Assembly: GCF_009914755.1 (NCBI RefSeq)
Contig: NC_060931.1
Strand: one strand, 5' to 3'
From: the human T2T-CHM13v2.0 reference genome, Homo sapiens
Length of the DNA: 64,000 nt
The notes under the pieces are model-generated. The model saw only the letters and a program-made list of their open reading frames with translations, was not told where the DNA came from and made no database searches. Below are positions 53,318 to 64,000 of the stretch, in pieces (position 1 is the first letter of the stretch; every line of letters begins with the position of its first letter). The position numbers and the translations under genes were made by a program.

Positions 53318-54907
53318 GTTTGATAATCTGATTTTTAATTAAAGCCATTAGCCTAATTTCATTTAATAGTTATGTGATTAAATGTAAACCTAGCATTTGC
53401 TATTTGTTTTCTGTTCATCCTATCAGTTCTTTGTTCCTTTGTTGTTTTTTTCTTGCCTTCTATTGGATCAAACCAGTATTTCTTTAGTATTCTGTTTTCT
53501 TCTCCTTTTATGCCTCTTCACTTATTGTTTTAATGTAAATATTCTGTTCTTCAAAGTTTTCATTTATATATTTATTTATCAGTATAGGCACATTATTTCC
53601 TATATTACTCAATGGGCTATGGTCCATTACTGTAATTTGTTTTGATACTCAATTTCCCCATCTCTGGCCACTGGGAGTTGTTTCAAACTAACTTCTGTGT
53701 TTTTTTTATTTGTTTCTTATCATTATTTGAACACTTCTTCCTTTCTAGGACTAACATATTCCAACCTCACCTTGTATTTCTGCTGCCTCAGCAAAAGTAT
53801 TCAGATGTAATCAGTTATTTCTCCAAGGAGCCCTTATTCCTTTCAGTGGAGAATAATATTCAGAAGCTAAGATCTGAGATATAGGTATGTTCATTGCTAT
53901 TGGGGACTGGTAGTCTCAGGCCCTTTTAGTAGACAGATCTATCAAATATATGTGAAAAAATACACACACACATGGTTACACATATTTATATCAACATTCA
54001 TTTCTATATATACCTGATACTTTATCTTTCAATCCAACACCTTAGGGATCATTCTAGTTTTCTCCATTTCCATATTTGCAATTTCTTTCTTCAACAGAAG
54101 AACCTACTCCCCATGATCTTATTTGTAAGTCCGCCTTTATGTAGACAATCTCTCATCATCCCACCTCTATGGCTGGTGTGGATGCCCTCCTCAGCCCATG
54201 TCAGACCATCCTTTTTGTGGACTCCTTCTACGGGCTCTGATATCCTATGCCAGATACCCTTCCTCCCCTAACACACAATGAGTGACATCCAGTAATTTAT
54301 TTTAAAATTTAAGATATATTTATCAGTCCTAAAACTTCCATTTGGTTCTGAAATGTCCTATCTAGCCTCATGGAGCACAACTCCAGAGAGGACTCAGAGA
54401 TTGCTGGTAAACTGAGGAAGAAGTTAAGAAGTGGGGCTATTTGTAATAATTGAAGATCTTCCTATCGACCAAATGCCCTTCTCCCCTATGCTCATCTGCT
54501 TATAGCCAGGTGTTTTACTCTCCAGGCAAAAAACTCAAACAGTTCTCTAAAGGGCATGTAGGTATTTATACCTGAGAGTAAAGCCTGCCTTTTTCTGGCA
54601 TGTGGAAAATCCCCATAATATAAAAGCTGGCTTCCCACCCTTTCACTTAAATATGAAGCCCTCTGGTTGACAGTTTCCACTATGGATAAAGAGATTTAAA
54701 TCAGCCTTTTTAGCATTCACTTAGGCAGCACATATACCAGCCTTTTTATTACTCCCTCCTTAAACATGAAGAGGTAGCCAAAGATCTTCAGCTACTTTAG
54801 AAAAGCCTGGAATTTAAAAGAGAAACTGAGGGAAACTAACATGAATGTCAACAAATGCCAAAGGAAGCAAAGGAAATTCAGAAATCCAAAGAGAACTTTA
54901 AAAACTC

Positions 54908-55147
54908 TCTCCTAATGCTATCCCTCCCCTATCTCCCCACCCACTGACAGGCCTCAGTGTGTGATGTTCCCCTCCCTGTGTCCCTGTGTTCTCATTGTTC
55001 AACTCCCACTTATGAGTGAAAACATACCTAATATAGATGATGGGTTGATGGGTGCAGCAAATCACCATGGCACGTGTATACCTATTTAACAAACCTGCAC
55101 TTTCTGCACATGTATCCCAGAACTTAAAGTATAATTAAAAAAAAAAA
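54908..55147 (+). mobile_element. Very short L1PA (about PA7-8) 3' end with a 5' inversion
   Basis: 54908-55025 is antisense 3' UTR; 55024-55147 is sense and ends AACTTAAAGTATAATT plus poly-A. Confidence 0.92.
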
Positions 55148-55712
55148 TAAGGAAGTTCAAGGTCTTCTTTACTGTCTTCTAAATCTCTAACTCCTTACCA
55201 TTAATCTGAATTTATGTGTCATTTCCATGTATATTTTTATAAAATATAACATTACTCTTACTCTCTTAAAATATTACTTTCATTATATATGTATCCAAAA
55301 TCAATATATAGCATTGCTTTCCAAGTTTTAAAATTTTATATAAATGGTATCATGCTTAATGTATTTACAACTTTAAAAAAACAGTATGTATGTTTTTGAG
55401 ATTTATCTGTATCAGTCAGTAGAGCTCTAAATTTTTCATTTAAATGGATGTATAAATATGTTTATCCATTTTCCTGTAAACATTTATTTTGCTTAAGAAA
55501 ACTTTTTTTGCTATTAAAAATGCTACAATATTCTTTAAAAAATCTCTAATTAGCATTTCAACAAATCTAAAAGATGCTAAATCCATATCATGAAAAAGGA
55601 ATTATGAAGAATGAGAGTTCTTGGAAATTAAATGTATGATTGCTGGAGAAAAAAAAAAATCTCAGAAGTATTGGAAGGCAAACCCAAGAAAATCTTCCAA
55701 AATGCAGAACAG

Positions 55713-55744
<32 letters not shown>

Positions 55745-58700
55745 GAAAAAAAAAATTAAGTCCTACATCCCAGTAGTAGGATATTAATAAAGTGAGCACA
55801 CAGAAAATAGAGAAAAGAGAAAATAATGGAAGATAATTCTCAGAGCTCTAGGAAGATACACATCTTCAAATGAAAAGGGCTTGCTATGGAATGCTAAGAA
55901 TGATTACAATATATGCCCATGCCCCAGACCGTTATAATTTCAGAACCAAGGTAAAGAGAAGATATTTTAAGACGATATCATAAAAGCTTCTGTAGAGAAA
56001 AAAAGACTAGAATATTGACCACCGGTAAAATGGAGCAATAAGGGGCAATGCCTGTAAGTGTCTATGGACTAGAATTACCTATCCAGTCATACCAGCAAAG
56101 ACAGAGAACAGAATAATAACTCTATGGGACAAACATGGTATAAGAACATTTACGTTCCATGCATCATTTCTTTAGAACTTGCTTTGTAAAGTGTTCCAAT
56201 CAAAATGTACAAATGAAAGAGAAAGATGTGGGGTCCAGGAAATATTAGATCCAACATAGGAAAATAATCAAGGGAAGTCCTAGGATGGCAGCCTTGCAGA
56301 AGCTCTAGAGAATAAGTGGTACTGACTAGAAGAGGCAGAGTGGGATCCAAGAGAAGGAATTTGGGGAAAACAAGATTCCATGCATTATATAATTTAATGG
56401 GGATTCAGGAAGAATATAAGAAAAATTAGGACTTCAGGTGGGATGAGGTAGACAATCAGAAACTTCAGGTGAAAAAGGTTACACAAAAGAGGAAATGTAG
56501 TCACAGCACATTTGGCTATGCTATGAACAATATAATGAAGTCATACTAATGGAATTGTTAGTTCTTAGAATCAACCATTAAATACAGCAGGAGATTTGAC
56601 TGTGGTTAGTTTACCAAAGAGACTAAAGTCACAAGTTGGTGGTGGTAGGGGAAGTAAAAGGTGAGGAAAGACCAGAAGTACTAATTCCCTCATGACAAAA
56701 GGAGGGGAGTCAAGAGATAGTGTCCACAACTGAGGAAATAAGAAATAGAGTTTTGAGCATATTAAAATGATGAAATAATTTTATAGAACCATTTGGAAGG
56801 ATGAGTAAACTGTATAAGTGAAATAAGCCCTCATCTATCATAGTGGGCCATTAACAATATCTAAAGTTGACAAATTTAGAAAAAGCATTATAAATTATAA
56901 AATAACACATTATTTACAGACATGGAGTTGATTACCATAAGAAATAATATTGGTTTCCTCTTGGGAGTGGGACTTGGGTCAGAAATGTTGGAATAGGGAA
57001 CTGTTACATTTCATTATGATTCCTTCAGTATGATTTGATTCCCTTGATGTATTTAACTTTATTCTTAAGGGTATAAGATTAAACAAATTTATAGTCAAAA
57101 TTTCAGAAAATAGGGGAAAAAACTCAAAACACTTGGACTATAGATTACTGACATTTTACTTATGATTGTATTAAACTTATTTTACTACCCTGTTAAGAAC
57201 TGAGATATTTACAATATTTATTCATTCCCTAAAAAAATGCTGTCTCTGTATTTAGTAATCTTCTCTATATTTTAGTGCAGTTATGCATTTCTTATAGGAC
57301 CCAAATATTTCTGATTAATCTTACATTCTCTATTTCTGTTGGTAGAAGAATCTTTTTCCCATTATATTTCAAACAGTTATTGCTGGTGAAAAGGATGTTT
57401 AAGCAGAGTGAGAGACTCTCAGCAAAAAAAGGTAACTGAAAGAGTGGTAAGTCAGACAAAGAAGAAAAATGCCAAAGAAGAGGGTCAAGAACAACTCATA
57501 TGACTCCGAAATCCCTTACCCACATTGGAGTTATAAAAAGTTCAGGAGCTGGAGACAAAAGGCAGGTTCATAAAGAGGATTCCTTGGAGAGAGTTGTTAT
57601 AATGCTGTGAGTACCCCCACTGGGAGGGGGTAATGGGGTGACTACCCCTCCCCTCAAATCCTAGTGGAAAGGGATTTAATTGGGCCCTCAGAGATTGGTA
57701 CATGGCCCTGCAGTTGGCAGGCCCAGTGCACTGGTGTTGATTCTTGTCTGTGAAACCAGAAGGACCACAGCATTGGCCAGGCGCTGAGAAATGAGTTCAA
57801 GAGGCAGCTGTGGATCTGCATGGGTGCCCAGACTTGCAAGGGCAAAGGTTGTGAGAGGGTTTCCCACAGACCACAGAAGGCCATGAATAGAGTGCCAGTA
57901 TATGGCCATGGGAGGTCCTGCCCATGAGGGCCACCTGGAACAGCAAACCGACCTCAGTACAGAGAAGCTAGGGTATCAAATGAATTCCTAAAAGCCATGG
58001 AAAGAGTAAGGTAAAGAAGCAACTGCATACAGGTGGGAGATCCCCAGTATCAGCAGTATTAGTGCAGGATGCCACTGTAAACATCAGAAGATGCAGTCTG
58101 CCGGAGCCAGGTTACCATGGCCCTAGTGAAGTTCAAACTCTTCTGCCTTCCTTATGCCTCTTTCCTCCCCTCCACCTCTCTTCCATCCCTTGAGGGGTCA
58201 AAGACTGCAAGCTGAAGAAGAAAGAGAAGAAACGAAGCAGCTATCCCTATTTCCTTCCCCAGCTAGAGGAGTTAAGAGTAGTTGTAATTTTGACGAGGTT
58301 GGAATCTTTGCCCTTTACATGGAAATGGTCATTCTCATTACTACAGTGAGACTGTATCTTCAAAACATAACCTGGAAAAAAAAAAAAAAAAAGAAAGTTT
58401 GAATTTTCAGTCAACCTGCCAGAACAACCATACCTACCAAATTTAAAGGAACAGTGGGAAATACAGTTGCTTTATAACTACACTTTGTAAGTCCTGATTA
58501 TTCATCAGACCAGTTGCACTACTCTACTTCAGGAAACAAAAAAAGTGCACAGCTTTTCTCCCTTGCTCTTGTGACTTCTCTGTACCCTTTGCCATCTCGA
58601 AATCCCCATTGCTTTCATCTGGTTTTTGTCCCGTCGTCCCAAGGCTGAATTATTTCATTCTACCTAACTCCTGAGTGATATTCAATTTAACAGCTTGCTT

Positions 58701-60636
58701 GGTTTTCATTTCTCTCTCTCTCCAAGGGGCTGTCTTGGCTCTTTGCTCCTTTGGGTTCCACACACCTGACCAGCTAAGCTCCTGGGACACCATATCCCAA
58801 TGTCAGACCCCTCTCACTGTCCAGGAGTAAGGGAAGGGAGTAATTACCTAACCCTAACAAGAGGATTGTTCTTCCAAACAACAAAGCCAGGTTAACAACA
58901 TTCAATTGTAAATGATACATTGGAATTGTGCCTTTTCTACCACACTGGATTAAATAAACTTGTCAAAAAAAAAAAAAAAAAAAGGTTAGGTTATTACTCT
59001 TTTTTTTTTTTTTTTTGGACTGTGACAGTAGTTTAGTTCCTTGGAGTTTTTAGCTTTTCTCCAATTCTGACACTATGACCAAATCAGACATCTTGATGTA
59101 TTTCAGGGTTTTACTGCTGAGCGTTACCCTCTATTTGTGATCAATAGGTCAGCCAAGACCCTCACTCCACATCCCATCCTTGGCTGCACCTACAGCTTTA
59201 GTAGTCACTTCTAAACCTAAGTATGGACCCTTGAGTGCAGCAGACTGCCAGAATGTCATCCTTTGACTGAAAAGTGACTTCCAAGGTAGCTGTTTCAGCC
59301 CATATCTTTCAGAGCTGAGATCTGAGCTCTGGTCTGGTGTAAACAAAACATTTTACTCTTCTGAAGCTACTGAGCCTGCCTCTCCAAATGTAACAGGAAG
59401 CCTGGTACCCTGCAAAGCATTCTCTTTCAGAAATTCTAGATATCTTAGGCATCAAATTCAAGGGGGCAACAGAACACAAAGCATTTCCAGTCTGAAGTCT
59501 GGCAGAAGATGCAAACAGGTGTCTCAAAAAAACCCAAAGATTTCCTGAGCATCTAGGGCTGAGTTTTGGGTCTGGTGGCTCTGCTGGGAAAGAGCTGGCT
59601 GATGACCCCATGAAGGGGATGGTAGGAGTAGGTCATGGTTCCCCTCACTGTGGAGTTTAGGTCATTTCTCTGGACTTTGTGTGGAATAACCAAGGCCTGA
59701 GGATGGAGTTCTTCAAAGGTTCAGGGGGTGGGAGTGGTGCCCCTTGACTGTGAAACTGTGTCATTCGTAATGAAGCAGAACTATCTATTCTACCAGTTAC
59801 TGGATAACACGGAATGAGAAGAGTCCTGCATATTAACTAGCATAGCTCCAGAATCCCTACTCTTTCTGAATTGATAAGCCTCACTTTGAGGACAGAAGGC
59901 CATGTGGGGACCGCTCTTACTGTTTCACAGATGTTGGCCATGCAGCTCTGCTTACAGCTCTGCTGAAACAGCACTACCTGCAATGGGCCAAAAAAAGAAA
60001 AATCACAAAACAAAATGGTGCATGGTTTGCAAGGGGGCTGCTTACTTCACCCCTGGACTTCATAGCTCCGATCCTATTTTGCAGCACTGCCTGGGTAATA
60101 AGCGTTTTCCTATGATGTTTTGGCAAAACTAGAGTGGCAAGCAAGTTCCTGCCTTTGGATTAAAGAGATACTTAGTGATGCCACATAGTTATGTAGCCCA
60201 AGCCTTGCACTCTAGACCTACCTCCCCACCAGCTGTAAGGCTCTCCCCTCTACCTGCCATGATCCTCCCATCTCCAACATGTTGTGGTAGGGATCAATAA
60301 CATAAAAAGTCAGTTAAGCTGTTATATTCATTAGTCACTGTCCATGATTCTCTACTCTCGAGTATCTCTCCTGAATGCAAACCTGTGATTCATAAATAAC
60401 ATGGGAAAACATTTTTCATGCCAGATTTATGCCACCAGCACGATCTATTCTCCCTGCTGAGCCTTGCTTCACTTGTGACTAACATGTTTTGAGACCAGCA
60501 TGTATTTTGAACCCACGTAGAACTGGTTTTAAAAAAACACATAACATTTTCAGAGATTTACAAACAGTTCTAAATGACAGGAAGGTGATTGAGATGAGGA
60601 ACAGCTAGAGATTTTGGAAACAGGCTAATCACAAGG

Positions 60637-60918
60637 CAATGAAATCAGTATACAGAAGTACTTACCACAGTGTTAGAACCTAGCGAACAATAAGTAATAG
60701 CCATTGTCATTTTTATTAAGTTGTTTCATGAGGAAGGAAAGAGAGGAATCCAAAGGGTAGGTGTTGTAAAGAATACCTCTTCTAATTAGGTAGGAGAGAA
60801 ATAGGAGAGAACGTGTATCAATACACATGGATGTAGATTACAAATTTAAATCCGTATCCTGTATTTTCCTTACCAATACCCAAGTGTGTAGAACAAATTA
60901 TGTATAAGGACTCTGAAG
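60637..60918 (+). repeat. Derived copy of a 282-bp local duplication
   Basis: About 96% identical to 62103-62383 (about 10 differences counted). Confidence 0.97.
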
Positions 60919-61800
60919 GCAGGCCTGATATGCTAACACAAGGAATGTATCCTTTATGGTGAAAGTTATATGGAGTATAGACAGATTGTTTTGGCAAAAA
61001 TATGGAAGTTATATTGGAGCAAAATGAGACTTGAGACAGGAGAATAAAAACAGTTAACAAGCTATAACAATAACTAGTGGAAAGAATGGTGAGGGCCTTC
61101 ATAGGGTAAAGGGAGTAGGAATGGAGATGAGGGGATGGTTATATAAAATACTAGATAGAGACTAATGGGATGTGGGTAACGAGGAAGAGGGAGAGTCAAG
61201 GATAAAGCCGAAATTTTCGTATGAGTAATAAAGCATGAATGGTACCATCCACATGTACATGAATAGAGGGAACTAAGCAATTTGGATGAGACTCTACTGA
61301 TTTGAATTTAAGTTTGAGGAACCTGTGAAATAAGGTGTTTAGGACATGACTGAATACATGTACCTGGAGTGCCAGAGATGTCTAGGTTGGAGATAGATGT
61401 TTGAGAGTAATCAGTGGAATGTGTTATAGCTGAAATCCCAGGTGTGAATGAGATTACTGAAAGCAGGAGATGGAATGAGCACAGAAGGAATACAAGAAAA
61501 CCCAAAATATAGTGTACAGAAAGAAGAGCTGGCAAAACACACTAAGGAATGTCCAGAAAAACAGCAGAAAAATCAAGAATAGTATTTACAGAAGCCAAAA
61601 AAAAAAAAAAAAAGGAAATAAAGGAAGTAGTTAATAAATGCTCTAGAGATCCGATATCTCTTTATTTGGCAATATGGAGATCACTGGTGATTTAGTAAGA
61701 ACACTGTCAGTGGAGTGCCGAGGGGAACCAGATTGATATGAATACAAGATAAAATGGAAGCTGAGAAATTGGAGACTGAGTACAGAACACTAACTTTCAA
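60919..61800 (-). mobile_element. L2 LINE fragment
   Basis: Purine-rich; AGTTTGAGG...TCTAGGTTGGAGATAGATGTTTGAGAG and TTTGGCAATATGGAGATCACTGGTGA. Confidence 0.68.
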
Positions 61801-62102
61801 ATAACCTCACTGTAAGCAAAAAATAAAGATCTGATGTAAAATTGTGGGAGGATTTCTTTACTACTAAAAGGGCTTGAGAATGTTCATACTGTATTCTGAG
61901 GGAAAAGTGCCAGTAGAGACACTGAAGATACCAAATTGATGATAGGATTACAAAGCAGTTTTTTTTTTTTTTAAGGAGTTTGGGGTTAAAGCTGAGTTTG
62001 ATACCCAATTTCTTAGACATAGCTTTGTCATTTTGGTAAAGTTATGCCTCAGTTTCCTCATTCATAAAAGTATATCTACCATAAAAGGTGGGTGGGAGGA
62101 TT

Positions 62103-62383
62103 CAACGAAATCAGTACACAGAAGTACTTACCACAGTGCTAGAACCTAGCGAACAATAAGTAATAGCCATTGTCATTTTTATTAAATTGTTTCATGAGGA
62201 AGGGAAGAGAGGAATCCAAAGGTTAGGTGTTGTAAAGAATAACTCTTCTAATTAGGTAGGAGAGAAATAGGAGAGAACGTGTATCAATACACATGGATGT
62301 GGATTACAAATTAAAATCCGTATCCTGTATTTTCTTACCAATACCCAAGTGTGTAGAACAAATTATGTATAAGGACTCTGAAG
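62103..62383 (+). repeat. Probable donor copy of the 282-bp duplication, starting inside a MIR
   Basis: MIR (GCCTCAGTTTCCTCATT...GAGGATTCAA.GA...AGTACTTACCACAGTGC) runs continuously from about 61990 into this copy. Confidence 0.95.
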
Positions 62384-64000
62384 AATCTAGAAATATCTAT
62401 TATAAAATCCCATTAAAATGGCATCTATCTGAAATTCTATGTATAAACAAAATGATTTGTTTAGTGAAAATTAATTGTGCTATTTGTACTCCAAGTCAAA
62501 AGACAAAAAATTTAAAAAAAAAAAACAAACAAACTTGTTTAGAGTGTCATTAACATGCAATATTGGGTCCAAAGTGTTTGGGGGTGAGGAGGATGAATCA
62601 AATGACCCATAGCAAGATTAAAATTGCTTTGAGGAAGTCTATAGTTTATATTAAAAATTAATGCGAATTTTGTTCATCAATACATTGGTATGTGTTTTAA
62701 TATAAAAATATTTTTGAACTTAGAAAAGTTTACTTGGCATTGAGTGAACACTGCTTGTCTAGGAAGCTATGTCATACTCATTTGTCCCTTGCACACTGCT
62801 AAAAATCTTTGAGATAAATCAATGTCTTTTAGGCTAGACCAAATAAAAACAAAAGCTTACTAAAACTGTCTACTTCTAACTATTTTAAGTTCAAACTTAT
62901 AAAATATTATGAGGTCATCATACAAGATGACTGGTCAACTTCATTTTTAAAATCAAAATGGCTTTTAGGTATTGAATATTTCAAAGCAAAAAACCTTACG
63001 GGTAGCCCACAGTTTTCAATTTTCAGTCAACTTTGGTCTAAGTAATAATAACAATATTTCCTAATAAACATAAATGTAAATTATCAACAGAATGGTTTCT
63101 CAAAACAATTACTGCTTAAACTTCATCGTTTTATATTGTTTCTATGTGTTATAATTAGTGAATAGGTAAGACAATATAAAAAAGGAGATACTTATAGTTT
63201 CCCTAGCTTGTCCTTAACCTGCTTATGCTTATAGGCCTATTTTACTGACCTTCCAATTTAGTTGTCACTGATATGCATAGTCAAATTCCTTCTTTGTTCA
63301 TCAGTCAGACTTTTAATAATTTCCATTTCTGGTAAATTTCCAATCTGTCTAGATATAATAGTGAGGAAATGAATGATTCAATCTTAATGATATTAGAGTC
63401 ATGATGGAAATGGACTCAACTCACAAAAAGCCATTTTTTGGCAACATCAGCTATGTTTTCATTCAAACCAGTTCTGAAACAGTTTTTCCTTCCCTAATCT
63501 TAACACTTATTACTCTTAACTACAAATTTGAGATTTGCTTTCTTTTTATGGATTCTGTAAGTTTTTTACTAAATTACTTGCTTAATGAAGATCTTGAAAT
63601 AATATCCATTTAAGTAAAACTAAAGAAAATGTAGTAATTTACAATCAAGTTATTCCAATTTCTCCTTAGGATTCTAGATTTATTCACTCAGTCCAAAATA
63701 TTTATTAAATGCTTCTCATTACGGACAAGGCACTCTTCTCGGTAACTGTGTACCAGAAATACCAACATGTGTAAGCCTCTGCCTAAAAAGAGGTGACAGT
63801 CTAATAGTTTCCAATACAGGAGACATTCGAAAGTACTGACAGATCTAACTCCTTTGAGCACTTACTGTCAAATATATCTAATCACATTCTTAAAATTAAA
63901 TCATTTTCTTCTGGCATACATTATATTAACTATCATCACTTGTGGGAAAGTAATGTAGAATATTACTTTAAAAGAGACTAAGCTATAAATTTGAATACAT

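Larger units (their letters stand above)
52000..54270 (-). mobile_element. Old L1M fragments with nested Alu, MER20 and THE1
   Basis: Endonuclease remnant LNNAINQPDLNDTFTILHST; T-rich strand. Confidence 0.7.

Noticed and set aside
58846-58859. CCCTAACCCTAA as an interstitial telomeric repeat
   Set aside because: Only two units, which is expected by chance

Overview
Primate (very likely human) nuclear DNA: AT-rich, CpG-depleted and dominated by repeats. I find no intact protein-coding gene, RNA gene or CRISPR array, and nearly all ORFs in the track are L1, Alu or LTR debris or chance ORFs. The main feature is a full-length processed pseudogene of MIPEP (mitochondrial intermediate peptidase, M3 family) on the minus strand at about 35285-39071. 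It has a 14-bp target-site duplication (TSD), sits inside ORF1 of an old near-full-length L1MA-type element (about 28995-41185), and is split by a younger 1.5-kb L1PA. It also lacks precisely the segment I recall as MIPEP exon 3, suggesting it came from an exon-skipped mRNA. Other points of interest are two local duplications of about 285 bp that look like templated insertions at repair junctions, three L1s with inversions, a degenerate ~80-bp tandem array in the old L1 5' UTR, and two nested inverted-repeat scars. The evidence supports a record of retrotransposition and DNA repair, not a new biological system. Repeat subfamily names and MIPEP comparisons come from recalled sequences and need confirmation by RepeatMasker and BLAST.
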